The translations under genes and the position numbers were made by a program. DNA of 64,000 nucleotides, taken from Curvularia clavata (taxonomy: Eukaryota). The notes beneath the pieces are model-generated. The model saw only the letters and a list, made by a program, of their open reading frames with translations, had not been told where the DNA came from and ran no database searches. The stretch spans positions 1,860,001-1,924,000 of the forward strand of contig CP089274.1 in NCBI GenBank assembly GCA_023920165.1. Direction: 5' to 3'. The first letter of the stretch is position 1, and each line of letters begins with the position of its first letter. Below are positions 47,583-60,966 of this stretch, one piece after another.

Positions 47583-50108
47583 GGTGAGATCTAGATGCTG
47601 TGTTAATGGTTTCTGAAACTGAGGTGGAAGGGTGCGCTAAGCGGAGGACTGTGGCAGTACGTCGACACATCTTAGCCGATGCTGCTCCGACCAAGCAGAA
47701 ACACGCACCTTGGATTTGTATGGGAGCTGGCGTGTGTTGGACTGGAATGTTGAGGAAACCTGAGGCAGGTCAGCACAGTTCAAAGGCAGAAGCTTCGGAT
47801 ACATGTGCTTGAGGACAGTTAAGTAAGGGGTGGTGTAAGACTTACGAAGGCCTGAAACCTGAGAGAGGGTTGGGAGAAGTTGAGTAGGGTATGGGGAAGA
47901 GAGAGTGTGGGAGCAGACAGGTGGATACTTATAGAGCTGTGCCAAGACACAGGCAGGTGAAGGTGCAAACGGAGGGAGGAAGCGGTGGAAATGCCAGGTG
48001 AAAGCAAAGGTGAGTGCGTGCGGCAGGCATCAACAAGTTGAGGTGAGAACAAACGGGAAGTGATGCGGTGACCCGAGCAAAGGTGTACACAAATGACAGT
48101 GGAAAGCAAAGTGAAGGCGCGGGTGAGGGGCGTACCTGAGGATGTTGCTGCTGCCTGCAGGCAGGAGCTTGCGGTCGGCTCTGATTGTTTTCGGACAGTG
48201 AAAGCTGTGCCTGCAATGGCGGAAATCGGAAAGATGTGGCAGGGTGAGGAAGAAAGGTTGGGAGGAGGTGTGCGCAGGCCTACCTATGTAGACGGCAGTC
48301 ACGAGGTCGGGTGGCGGATAAATGCAGCTAAGTTGTGCACATGCACATAGCGGTATGAGAGGTGAAGGTGAGAAGCGCACAGTTGTACAGCGTGAAGCGG
48401 CTCCGCAAGAGAGACACCCAGACTTGACATCACGACATAGTCTTGGCGGCATGAGGATGATTCTCGCCTACAAGATAGGCGATAGCACATGTAAGAAAGG
48501 GTGTTTTGAGATGAAAATCGCAGAGAGAGCTGGAAGACAGTCTATGAACCTGAAGTGATACCAGAAATGCACAACACACCGTGTGGAAGAACCTCAGTAT
48601 ACCTTTTCACAAGCCCCGGAATCAATTTCAAGATGTGCTAAGACATGTCTGGCTCAGACGAATAGCCCAGACTTCGCATACCAAAGTTGCTTGTATGCAG
48701 CTTTGGGTGCTGGCATTTCTGGCTATGGCTGGCGCATTCCCAAGCATTTTCGCAGGCACTACCCTCTGTGATACCTTCTGTATCATATCCATTGCTCTCC
48801 ATCAATCATCGCAAGGGGTAGCCTGCTTGGCAACCATCAAACTCTCTTATACAAACCTGGACCAGCGGCAGACAGTAGGTGGCAGTCATAACGACGTTGG
48901 CCATTGTGCCTTCCTCCACATTGAGTTTGTATCTGGCACAGGTCTAATCACATTCCAATGCACACACACATATATATAGAAGGAAAGAGCAACTTGAGAT
49001 ACAGATGTAGTGTTGAAATCAGAAAATTGATACCCGGTTGCAGAAAATACGGGTCGGTACCAGGCAAGCAGGCGTGGGATAGCATTAACAAACAACAAAA
49101 AGCTTGCAACACAAAGTATCACGTGCAATTGCCTCTTGTCGTCAATATCGTCGGAGCATCGTAGATGATAATCGATAAAAGACATGAAATGTGTGGAAGG
49201 ACAACCTTGCCCGCTCTCCCGGTTGCCCAAACTTCCTTTGTGCAGGCATCGCTGCTCTGCACGTCTAGCACGGAACCTCTCTTCTTTTTGTGTCTGCACA
49301 GATAATTGTTTTGCTCCACTGTATTTCCTACCACCACGGCCCGGCATGCGCCCATCAAGATCCTGCAAACCCTTTTGGCAGCTTTGACAACAAATGATGT
49401 GCCTTTCAACGCGACCCTATACTTAGCGTCCATTTTGACTACAGCACACAAGGAAATCTGTGAGAAGAGTACGTGTTTATTCCATACGCAAAGTTTGGCC
49501 TCCATACTGACAGCGGCCTGAAGCAGTGATCTATATCGATGCATTTGTACCGGCCAATGAAAAATACAGGTAGCAACGTCGTGTTTGAAACTTCATTCGC
49601 AATACAATCTGGCTGTATGACCGAAAGATATAACCAAGAGAGCTTGCCTATGATTAGAAAGGAGAGTTTCAAAGAAATATCTTTTAGTGTTAGAGAAGAA
49701 ATACAATCATCCACTTCAAGCACAACATCACTTTACCCAAGGCAAATATTCACGTACTGTAAAAAAAACACTTTTGCTCATAAACTGATTTCATTACAAG
49801 TAAGACCTATGCACGGTCTGGCTGCACCTCCCTAAAATCCCTTGATTCAATCTTTTCAGGCGTTTCCCCATCCATTGGAACAAGCTTTGTTCCGAATTCG
49901 CCTCGAGTTGAGAGAAGATATAAGATACAAAAAAAAAACGCCACCCCTATGCAATGCTAATTTGATGGCGACTTGAATTTCCAGTTGTCCAGTTGTTGTG
50001 TGAATATTCCCCAGCATCGATAAGCACCAAACGATGAACCGTAATGCATTTTCGCTAGATGAACATCCCATTGTTGTAACTTGGTCCGTACATACCTGTG
50101 AGGGCGTA

Positions 50109-53100
50109 CTAAGCTCCCCACGGGTTGGCGCCAGGCATGACTGTATGCGTAGGAATATGGCTGCCGTTACCATACTTCTCTTGTATGCTTTGCAATTGCT
50201 GAGCCGTTGTTGGTGTGGTACCCCAACGCTGCGGCTGTGGTATGGCTTGGCCTGGTGGAAGGGGAATGGCGGTCGCATCTCGTAGGAGGTTGACCAGAAG
50301 GTCGGGTTTGAAACGCGCCGCGTTGTATGTGTGTGCAGCGGGTATAATGCTGAGAAGGAAGTTGATTCCGCGAGGAAGGGGCGGTGGGCCTTGGGCCTGT
50401 CCGATTGGTGTAGAACCAGCAGTAGCAAGATTGCGACGAGCGGCATCAAGACGGCGACCTGCAGCGCCCTTTAGAGGCGATTCACCACGAGCGAGCTTGC
50501 GAGGCTGTGGGGCTTCTTCTACATCCTCAAGTGGACGCTTCGGTGAGTTGGTGACGGGGTGAAGATTGGCGAGGTGAGGGGAGTTGATGATGGCAGGAGA
50601 CGCGAGGCGCTGTTGTTCTACCACAGGCGGTGGTTGTGGAGGCATTACAGGAACAGGTTGCTGTTCCTCAATCGAGGGCATGACTGAGGGCATGACCGGC
50701 TTCATCTGCGTGCGGGGTGAGATGATGTGGCGAACGGAGATGGGGTCAAAGGTTGTGCTTGCGAAGCGTTGCGAGAAGCGGAGTAACTGCGGGTCCTCGG
50801 GGAAGAGAGTCGCCATGCGCTGCTCGAGCTTGGTGATCTGAGCGAGCTCACCAAACTGAGCCTCGTAGTCATGGAAGAAGGCGAAGAGACCTTTGGCTCG
50901 ATGTACATTTTCCGGTTTAGCTGTGAGTTTCCCAACGACAGTTTCGAAGACGGCACGGGCATCTACGACAGTTAGAATTAAATGCAATCAACAGTGATAT
51001 TGAGTACTTACTGGTTGAGTCGTTGAGCTTGATCAAGTGCTTGATGTACTCCAATGCAAACTGCTCGTCTTCTGGGAAGAGCTTCATACCGCGTTCAAAG
51101 ATCTTTTGTGCAGCTGGCTCCTGGTAACAATGATGCTCAATGAGTGCACTAGCCACGTATGCCTCGCTGAGCAGCTTGCCCTTTTTGCGAGCCTCAGTGA
51201 AGATGCCACGGAAGCCGCCAATCTCGCCCTTTGGGTCTCCCTTACCCTGGACACGACGCATTGCGCGCATGAGCGCTATCCATGCATATGTGAGCGTCTT
51301 CTTGAGGTTTTGAGTCTGCGCGTTGTATCCAGCAGACATGGCCTGCAGTTGGCTGTTGAAAGCTTCTTCCTTCTCCTTTAGTCGTCGTGCAGCTACGACT
51401 TCATCTTCGTCATCGGCATCGTCGTTCTGCTGCGCTGCGCTGCGGGCAGCCTCGTCAGCAGCCTTTTGCGCTTCAAATTGCTCCTTGGCTCGTGCGATGG
51501 AGTGCTCCTCTCGCTTCTTGACTTGTGCTGTAAGATCATAAATAGTATCCAGGAGTTTCTGGTATGGTTCCCGTACGGCCCTGCCTTTTGCGATGATACC
51601 AGCTTGACCGTCCTCAAAATCGGTACGCTGCTCGACCTGGTTGGCCTTCTTGAAGGCAAGCAAGCAGCTTTCAGGGTTTGCTTCTATGCCGTCATTGAGG
51701 AACTTGTCCCCCTCAGCCTGTAGGTTGTTCTCGTAAGACCACTCAGCCGCCTCGTACCACAGTTCCGGCCAGAAACGAAGGGCCATCAAAGCGTTCTTGT
51801 AGAGATGCAGAACACGCTTGTTGTATAATTCACGGTTGTCAGTTGCGCACTCGAGCGGATCGCTTTTCTCCCATTGAATCCAGTTTTTCCACAACTTGAC
51901 CTGGTTCATATATTCTTCGTAGCCGTCGAAACCAGCAGCCGGCGGCAGCTTCGGCAATGTGGTTTGGATGACGCCTCTTGTAATGTTGTTTTCGAGAACG
52001 TTGATGGCGCTGCGAGCAGTCATGTAGGCAGGCGAGGTTTCTTGCAGTTGCTTGCGGCCCTGGTACATGGATAAGCTTCATGGATACGAAGTGTGCAGCG
52101 AGTCGGTACTTACTGAAACCTTGTTCATGCTCATCTCAAACTTGTCATAATCACGCCAGATTTCCAGAGTAGCGTTGTGGGGCACCGAGACAGCGCGCTG
52201 GTATACTTTTCTGAGAGTGTCCATCTTTTGCATATCCTGCCAGTTGCTGCCACCAAGAACGCCGGGTCCTGTCTTCAACATCTCGATGTAATCAAGCCAT
52301 AGCTTACCAGCCTGAACATCAATGCCGATAGAATTGAGGACAAACTCATAAGCTTGGGTGACTGTCTGGCGATTCTGCCCATTCTGGTCAGTGGTGAGAT
52401 TGAAGCGACGCCGAATGAAGTCAATGTAAGCAGAGTAGATGCCGATGTATTGAGCTGAAGGAATCGAACGGCCGAAAAGATGCTCGACTTTTGGCAGTTC
52501 GTCGAGTTCAGTTTCGAACTGGATGTACTCAACCCATTGTTCACCCTGCCTGTGTCAGTGCCATGCCCTGTATTGTTTACTACTGCACTTACTGCCGAAG
52601 GGAACACTTTGAGGAAGCGCTCGAATACTGCTCGGGCATCGTCGTGCTTGTGTCGCCTGCGGTGCTCCTCAATTAGACTCAACCATGCTTCTATGTCACC
52701 ACGCGGGTCTTCAGCAATGCGATCTTCGAGAATACCAACTCGATCCTGAGGAAGACGAGCTTTCGGTAGAGAAGCAGAAGTGGGCGCTGGAGTGGCTGGA
52801 GCCACGGAGGGGCGCGCAGAAGCAACATTCATGACGTCGGGGGTAGCTGGCTTAGTAACGTCTGGGACAGGTGTGCTGCCGTTAGGAAGAGAAGCAACAG
52901 AGGGAGCAGGCTCATTGACAGCGACAGGAGCAGAAACAGATGCAGGAGCCTGGTCTTGTGCACTATGTAACTGTACATCTGGGTTGGGTAGTGTATTTTT
53001 TGGTGTGTTTGTAAAAGATGGCTGAGGGGACTCTCCAGCTCCCGTAGCACTAGCATTAGCCTCTTGCGGCTGCGCAGCGGGTTCCTCTTCCTCGTCCTCA

Positions 53101-53411
53101 CTCTCGTCGACAAATCCACCCACGGTGCGCGGTCGCTTGGACTGGGGCGCAGCGGACGCTTCTGCAGACGTCTGAGGGGGCTGGGCCTGCGACCCATGCT
53201 CGCCCTCGGTGGCCTGTGGCGGAGAGTTTACGCCTGATTCTGGAGGCATCGACTCGGAGTGTTCTGAGCGTGCCGAGAAGTTCGCCGTCGGGTCGTATTC
53301 TTCCTGACCAGTAGGCGCGTCAGGCATGTTGTAGCCGCCGCGTGCAGGGTCGTACTCTTCGTCCTTTTGCGCTTCCAAGAAGGCGAGCTCGGCCTCGTCT
53401 GCCATGGACAT
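50109..53411 (-). CDS. RNA14: mRNA 3'-end processing protein Rna14 (CstF-77), ~1050 aa
   Basis: Exons 53411-52593, 52545-52114, 52059-51012, 50962-50109 (all GTAAGT donors, frame conserved). RLPQDRVGILEDRIAEDPRGDIEAWL, HAT repeats, WKNWIQWEK, ALRFWPELWY, YVASALIEHHCY..AAQKIFERGMKLFPEDE, NARAVFE. Confidence 0.93.
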
Positions 53412-54020
53412 GGCCGGATGCGGGCTGTATGGTGCGGTCAGAATTGGTCGCAGAGCAGTAGCGGGCGTGAAATTACAAGGCGCGCAAGGGTGCCGGGTAG
53501 TGGACAATGGGGCTTTCTTTGTCGCGTGGTTAGAGTTAGTGTCTGCAAGCAGTGCGCTCCGAGATGCGCGACAAAGCCAAGCGTGCGCTCGAGGGCTTTG
53601 TTCTGCGTTTGGCAGCTTCGATAGTTGCACGGAATTAATCCGAGACGAGCGCGATGGTAGGGAGATAATGCGCCGTCGGTCGAGGTCGGGTGCGCGCAGT
53701 GTATGTGGTAGGAGATGGTGAGCAGAGGTTGCGAGTCGCCGATGCGGCTTGCTGCTTGCTCCCGGCGCAGCCTTGTGCTTGGCGCCCGCGCTTAGTCCGC
53801 CAACTCCAAGCCCCGGCCGATGTCATCGCTCAGGTACCGTCGACACTGCCAGCCTTCACCCAAGCACCGAGCCATCAGCGTGCGTCCTTCAACTATGGAA
53901 ACTTGGGACTCACCGTGACACGAGATTCACAACGCGTACGCACAATTGCTCACACCTGCCGTCATATTTCACACGCTCGACTGCTGCCTACACTTGGCCT
54001 TTCCCTCTGTATACCTCATC

Positions 54021-54955
54021 ATGAACCCGCATATATCCCTCCCCAGGCCGACGGGCGGGCCGTCTAACTTTGGCTCGACACCCTCGTCGCGACGCAATGA
54101 AATCAAGATGCCGCGCTTCTTCAAGCGCATGTTCAAGTTCCCTCAAATGGACTTTGAGATGGCCGTGTGGGAGATTATGAGCCTGATAATCGCGCCTAAG
54201 AAAGTGTTTCGGCAAATCTTCTACCACGTATGCTCCCATGTGTTCTGATGCACTCTTTTCCACCATTGACCCCTCTGCAGAAACAAACCACAAAGACGTA
54301 CCACCGGCCCGACCCTTCCTTCACCTACCTACTCTCCTTCTTCCTCACCCTCACGTCCCTCGCCTGGGGCTTCGCATACGCCGATGGCTTCACACAGACT
54401 CTCCACATAATGCTTGTCTACATCTTCGGGCATTTCCTGCTGCTATCACTCGTCATAGCCACAATGTTCTTCTTCCTCGTGGGCCGCTTACTTGGACCCG
54501 ACAACACCCTACTCCCCGGACGACGACGAGGGCTGTACAACCTTGGGGAAGATTCTGGTAAAGAAGAGCTCGAGTTTGGTTACTGTTGGGATGTGGCTAT
54601 CAGAGCCTTTGTGCCAGTTTGGGTCTTCCTCTATGTTGTTCAGTTCCTCTGCATGCCCTTAGTAGGAACACACCATTGGTAAGACACGAACCATGGTGCA
54701 GAAAAGCTGTCACTGACGAATCCTAGGCTCTCACTCCTGTTGTCCAATACTCTCTACCTACTTGCATTGAACTACTATTTCATCATTACATTCCTAGGCT
54801 ACAAAGAGCTACCCTTCCTTCACCACACAGAACTGTTACTAGTACCAGTCGCTGTCATGGCGATACTCTGGTTTGCGACTCTTTTTGGCTTCAACATGAC
54901 GAAACACTTTGCGCCAGTTTTATGGACGGGAGCAAAGCTACGGAAGCACATTTAG
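54021..54955 (+). CDS. UNC-50/Gmh1 family Golgi membrane protein, ~277 aa
   Basis: Exons 54021-54227, 54281-54678, 54727-54955. FFKRMFKFPQMDFEMAVWEI...PKKVFRQIFYHKQTTKTYHRPDPSF, ELEFGYCWDVAIRAF, NTLY...YYFIITFLGY..LPFL. Confidence 0.92.
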
Positions 54956-55671
54956 TCAGTACTAGATGAGAGAGTGGAAAAGTGGGAGGAGAAGAAGTAA
55001 TCAAGATGCATTGGAAGCGTAACGATACTGCTCTAACAATCGCCCTGCGTGTTTTCGCTTTTTTTTTAGGAGTTGGGTGTTGATCGATTCCAACATTGCC
55101 GATATTCACGGCAAAAACCGTCGTAGCATTTTCAGCGAGTCCTGAGGAATACAGTTTTACAAAGATCGTTGAGCCAAGTCTACATATCATGTGGATGCGT
55201 TTCAGCATAGCAAAGTATTACAGAAGCATATTGTTTCAATCAGAATCCGTTCTTGACCATGTTCACTTGCGAGATATACTTTGCCCTACCTCACTTACTA
55301 CACCTACTAACTCATAATGTGGTAACTACTTCGTGTTAGCTATTTGCAGAGACAAAGATGAGGACTGAGCAGGTGGCTGAAGCGTCTGAAATCAGATCTT
55401 GTTCAAAATCCCTGTTGTAGCGGTTCGGTGTAATAACGGCTGTACTCTTTCCGCGCAATGGTATTGTGGAGAATGGTTTCCTGGTCTTGCTTTCCCCGCC
55501 TCTGTGCGCCCAGATCTTGGTCCACATATGGACAATCCGAAACACATCTCCCTCTCCTTCTCCTCTATTAAATTCGTTCCGGCAAACAGAAAAGATCAAA
55601 GAACTCAACTCCACAACAATCAATGCTAACTGTTATACCTTGATCTGTCTTGACAGCAGACTATCGTAACC

Positions 55672-56645
55672 ATGTCTTCGAGAGTCGCCATCATCACTGG
55701 AGGATGTACGGCGCCACCAATCCCTTCATGCAGCCCCCCTCTTCCACAAGCACGAGATTCTAACTTTCCAACTATCCAGCCTCAGGTATAGGTCTCGCTG
55801 TATGCCAAGCTCTATCCCGAACTCCCGCCAGCAGCTGGACGATCCACATTCTCGACCTCAACCCACCATCACTTCTCCCCAATCGCTGCACATTCCACAG
55901 CTGCGATGTAACCAACGAATCGACGCTAGGGACCCTCTTCTCGTCCATTTACACTACCCATCGCCGTCTGGACTTCGTCTTTGCCAATGCCGGGATTGCA
56001 GAAAACACGTACTTCTACGATCAGCACCAGGAGCACACTGAAGACACAGCAAAGAACAATGATAGCAGTAAAGAAAATGACAGCCCGCCAACACTACCCG
56101 TCAAGGGCATGCACTCCCTCATTGACATCAATGTAAAAAGCGTGATAACAACAACTTACCTCGCCGACTACTACATGCGCAAATCACCACGTGAAGCCGA
56201 CAAGTCAGTTGTCATGACGGCGTCCTGCGGCGGACTATATCCCTCGCATTTCAGCCCTATATACACGGCAACCAAGCACGCCGTCGTGGGCTTTATGCAG
56301 GGAATCGCCTCATACTTTTACCAGAAATCCGGCATCAGAGTGAACGCCATTTGTCCTGGTATTGTCAAGACCGGGTTAATGTCGAGCGAGCAATGGACAA
56401 TGTTTCCAGAAGAGTATTTTACGCCGGTGCAGAAGGTGGCTGAGGTGGTGTGTATGCTTCTGGAGGGCAAAGATGACGAGACGGGAAAGCTGGGAAAAGA
56501 AATTGAGGAGGGATACGGTTCAGTGTTGAATGGTCAGGCTGTGGAAATCTCGGGGGGCAACCATTACTACAGAGGACCGGTATCTTTTGCTGACGAGAGA
56601 ATGGCCGCAGTCATGGGCTTCGCTGATAATACGAAGCTTGCGTAA
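55672..56645 (+). CDS. Short-chain dehydrogenase/reductase (15-hydroxyprostaglandin dehydrogenase-like), ~299 aa
   Basis: Exons 55672-55705 and 55780-56645. VAIITGGSSGIG (TGxxxGxG across the intron), RLDFVFANAGI, catalytic YTATK, IRVNAICPG. Confidence 0.9.
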
Positions 56646-56806
56646 TTAGCAAAAAGGCCTGGATCCAATCGACGGCATTCCGGTATGGGACAGATTTGGG
56701 TCTTGAATCATTTCATTTTCGTAATCCCAGCTACTATAGCTGTTCATTGCCACTTGTGTATTCAGACCCTTGACACTCCTCCAAATCCTTAGCCCGAAGC
56801 CAGCAT

Positions 56807-57265
56807 TTAAGCGGCAATGGTAACCTCAACCTCAACACCAGCCTCGATGTTGATGATGATCTGCTTGACGACCTCAGTGGGGGCGTGGAGGTCGATGAGA
56901 CCTGTTGCAATTGTTAGCCGTGCGCCTGCGCGTTTCCCAGACGACAGCACTTACGCTTGTGGATGCGCATCTCGTAGGTGTCCCAGGTCTTGGAACCCTC
57001 ACCGCAAGGAGTCTTGCGGGTGGTGATCTTCAGGTGCTTGGTGGGCAGACGGACGGGACCCTTGACGCGGAGCTCCTTGTTCTTAGCACGGTCGATGAGC
57101 TCCTGGCAGACCTTCTCGAGGGACTTGACGTTGCGGGAGGTAAGGGTGATTCGGATCTTGTGGATCTTGGGACCTGCGGTGCGTGTGAGAACGTCGTCTT
57201 TGTACATATTCATGTGCGCAGTCCTTACCCTCACCGAAGTCCTTCTCGGGCTTGTTGTAAGACAT
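56807..57265 (-). CDS. RPS20: 40S ribosomal protein S20 (uS10), 116 aa
   Basis: Exons 57265-57229, 57173-56955, 56901-56807: [35 protein letters not shown]...[40 protein letters not shown]...[13 protein letters not shown]. Confidence 0.98.
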
Positions 57266-57648
57266 CTTGTCGGATTGGAGGTTGGAGTGTTGGTTGTTGT
57301 AGGTGCTGAGTGTAAGTTCCAGTCACGACCTGGATCCTTGATCTCGGTAATGTGATGACTGGCGTGGCTTTAAAATTGGCGACGGCGTTCGTAATCGTTG
57401 ATTTTCGGCGAAGCGAGAGATTTCGTTCTGTGGGTGGTGGGTGCCAAGATTGCGGCCGCTAATACTGAATCGGGCATCGCTCCCTTCTGATCGCTCGGCG
57501 GCAGGTAGGCCCATGAGCCATCATGACTACATGACTGAAGATAAACACCCAAATATAAAATCCCATAAAGAGCTGTCCCAGGTCATTACAGCTCTCCCTT
57601 TTTTCTTCGGCCGTATCTATTTCCTTCTCCCCAGACCTCCCGGGCGTA

Positions 57649-59679
57649 ATGTCACTACCCCACTTTGTGCCATTCCCTGACGCAAAAGTCAGAAAGAGCA
57701 TACTGCCCGAGGAATGGCAGCTTTATCTGGATTCCTGGACCTCATTGGCTGAGCTGTACTTGCGACTGGGCGACCAACCATTTGCATCAGCAATTCAAGA
57801 GAAGGATACGCTCACTCCTTTTCTGACGTCGTTTTTCCATGAGGTGGCCTATGACGACACGCTGGCACATAGCGTAGCATCTTTGCGAAAGAAAGCCTTC
57901 TTTTTGTCACACAGGCTTCTTTCAAGCAACGAAGTCCCAAATTCTATACTCACCTGGTCAGCCTTATCGGACACCTGTCATGTTTACCCTAAGAGCGACC
58001 AACTTCGCACGCTGTTGCAGAGTTTATGGAAGCGAAAGGGTGCAGCCATTGAAAAATCACTCCAGACCGCTAAGACATCGTTGATTAAAAACCTGGAGTC
58101 GAAGCGCCCTGAGGAGACTGAAAGCACGCTAGATAGGATAGCTCCCCTCCTCAAAGTGTCGGCAGACGCTAGTCTTTTTATGCTTACTGGGTCCGACTTT
58201 CTAGATGCTCTCTCAGCAGCGTACACCCGGGTGCCACAACCTATGCAGAAAAAGCTGGTGACAGTAGCATATCTCGGTCTAGTAGCAGCTTTGGAGGGCC
58301 CGAAGCCGAACTACTCACTTCTTTCAGATCACCTGTACAGCCTAAAGTCTAGTGAAGAGCAAGCGCAGAAGAAAGAGCCAGGAAAGAAGACACTGGTGGC
58401 TGACTTGGTCACAAATACGCCCTTATTAGAAAAGATCAGAGACAAGGCCACTGCTCCGGAAGCGTCGAGAGTGAAGAATACGGCAGCTTCGCTCAGCGCT
58501 TTCCGTCAATCCAGCCTTGCTCGACCCAAGAAGTTGATACGACGGAAGGTGGACAAGGGCAAGGCGAGGGCAACTGTGGATGAATATGGCCATGGCGCTT
58601 TTACTGGAGAGCTTCACGTGCACCGTATGAGCATGGTTACTCAGATCCAAGATCTCTTCCCAGACCTCGGTGCTGGGTTCATTGTGAAATGCTTAGATGA
58701 ATACAATGATGATATTGAGCAAGTCACCGCACACCTGTTAGAAGAAACACTGCCCTCTCATCTTGCCGAAGCGGATAGAGGTGAAAAGTTGTAAGTCCCA
58801 CTTCCCCTTAGTCACTCAAGACTCACGCTTACAAAGTCCAGGCCAGCTCCTACAACAGCACCACAACCACTTCCACCTCCACGATCCAGTCAATACATTC
58901 CAGAGCGTCGCAATGTATTCGACGACGACGAGTTTGACAAGCTCGCCGTCGATACGTCCCGCCTTCATATTGGTCGTCGAGGCCAAGATCTCAGTGCTGA
59001 CAAGATTCTCTCCGACCGCAGCAAAGCGCCCGCCAAGTCTTCCATCCTGGCTGCATTGGCTGCCTTTGACTCTGATGATGATGAGCGAGATGACACGTAT
59101 GATGCCGAAGATGTCGGCGCATCTGTCGATACCGCTGCTCTTGGACCAGAAGAAGATGTTGATCTTGGTGACAAGAACGAGGAGGCTTTGTTCCGTGCAT
59201 ACACAATGACACCTGAGCTATTCGGTCGCGATGCAGACACGAGAAGAGGTAAAGCACGAACCGCTCTCAAGAGTGAGACGGGTATGACGGATGAGGCGAT
59301 TGAGGGCTGGGGTATCATGATGGGGCGCAATCCTAAGCAATTACGGCGCCTCGAGGCGAAATTCTCCACTTTCCAGGGCCAGCAACGAGAACTGCAGTCG
59401 ACAGCATGGAGAGCAAGTCCCGCAGAATCTGGCGACGAAGCTAGTGGAGACGGATCAGGTGGCCGGGGTGGAAGAGGTGGTGGTAGGGGGCGAGGCCGAG
59501 GCCGTGGACGAGGCGGCCCAGGTGGTGGCAGAGGCGGCAGTGTTGCAGGTCCTGCTGATGACAAAGGCACACAGGTTTCACGGCAAAGAAAGGAAGCAAA
59601 TAAGGCGTCGAGTGCGAATCATAACCGGAAGGCTCAGCGAGGGAAGAAGATGGCAAGAGCAGGGTTTCCGGCCAGCTAG
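57649..59679 (+). CDS. CUE-domain protein, Cue3/ASCC2-like (ribosome quality-control trigger/ASCC complex), ~659 aa
   Basis: Exons 57649-58790 and 58842-59679. CUE domain VTQIQDLFPDLGAGFIVKCLDEYNDDIEQVTAHLLE, RRNVFDDDEFD, DDERDDTYD, RGG repeats and terminal KEANKASSANHNRK, as I recall from ASCC2-family proteins. Confidence 0.85.
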
Positions 59680-60652
59680 ACTTTCTGTGACTATGAAGTT
59701 CTGGCTCACCTCGCTGGATGTAATCAAAGCTCTATTACTTCTTGCTTTGCTTTCCTGCATCATGTTGATACGATTAGCGTGGGCGGAAATATCTTAGAAG
59801 GGTGGTCAAATTTCAGATATTATCGCTCAAGGTGATGCAGCACTGATACAGTGCAGCTATCTGGAAGTCACGTCTAATCTGCCTAAAAAGATTTGAACAT
59901 GATTGCTGGGAGTTAGCAATCTCCTTAACATTAGAAGAAATGACCTGCCCGTGTTTTGCTTGGGGTCGCTGCTAAAATCAGTACAAGCCCGATATCATTT
60001 GTCAAATAAATTTAAGATCCAGAAGCACTTTTGTAGTTGCATTAGCAATTACTGTGATTGTGCCAGGCTTTGTAATTTTGATCTCCCCATGGTCGTCGTG
60101 AATCTTAACTCTCGAGCTGTCTGCCCACTAATCAAATGACTTCTTCTCTTCTCAGGCCAACCAACTGGATACACGTTTTGTTGTACCAATCATGTCTTCT
60201 CATCCGCCTAACGTAAATAAGCCTCGATCTGTGAGAAAGGACAAAGGCCGGATCACGCTTCTTTGTTGCGCATGGGCCAGATAGTCTCCACATCGGGCAA
60301 GCCACTTTTGACAATGTAAATGATGCTTTGTGGGACACGGTCGACATTCAAGGGCCATGTATACGCTACGAAGTCGCTTCGCAGGAAGCAAAGGGGAGAA
60401 TGAATGCATAATGCAAGATGACGATGGCGAAAACTCACGATACACAATGTACTGATTAGTCAGTGCAGACTAGCAGACGAGTGGGGCACGGTAGTTTAAC
60501 TAAGTCAACCCCACTCGCCCGACCAACCCACCACGAAAATTCGCGATGCGTCGTGTCAGCAATGTCACCAGCGTTGACGACAGATCTGAACATCATTTGA
60601 TATTGTCAATTTATGAGCTTATTACCATCAATCAGGGTTTCCTAAATAGGAA

Positions 60653-60738
60653 TCTTCAGTAGTATAGAGGTCAGTATTTCCGCTTGTCAAGCAATTGACA
60701 GAGCGCGGGAGACCGGGGTTCGATTCCCCGCTGGAGAG
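60653..60738 (+). tRNA. tRNA-Asp(GTC) with a 14-nt intron
   Basis: Acceptor TCTTCAG/CTGGAGA, D arm AGTATAGAGGTCAGTATT, anticodon arm TCCGC-TT GTC A-[intron 60690-60703]-C-GCGGG, T arm CGGGG TTCGATT CCCCG, T-rich Pol III terminator downstream. Confidence 0.93.
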
Positions 60739-60966
60739 CAGTGTACAGTTACCTTCTTTTTGCTTTTTTTGTGTTTGTGGGTGGTAAAGTAACGATGCAC
60801 TGCTTTTTGTTTTGTCAATGTCTCTTGTCGACGCTTTGTTTAGAGTACACATAGCTACAGCGGACCAGGCAGCTACTTACACAATTAGGTTGGGAATTTT
60901 TAAGGGAAACAATGCAGCATGGGCACTTGACTGTTGTTTGCACCTTTTTCACGCACATCGACCGTG

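Noticed and set aside
50055..50095. CAG|GTATGT 13 nt after the RNA14 stop as a 3' UTR intron
   Set aside because: No convincing branch site, and the nearest acceptor gives only 41 nt.
60478..60517. 9-bp inverted repeat CGAGTGGGG/CCCCACTCG upstream of the tRNA
   Set aside because: Isolated short stem with no target-site duplication or other copies; compatible with chance.
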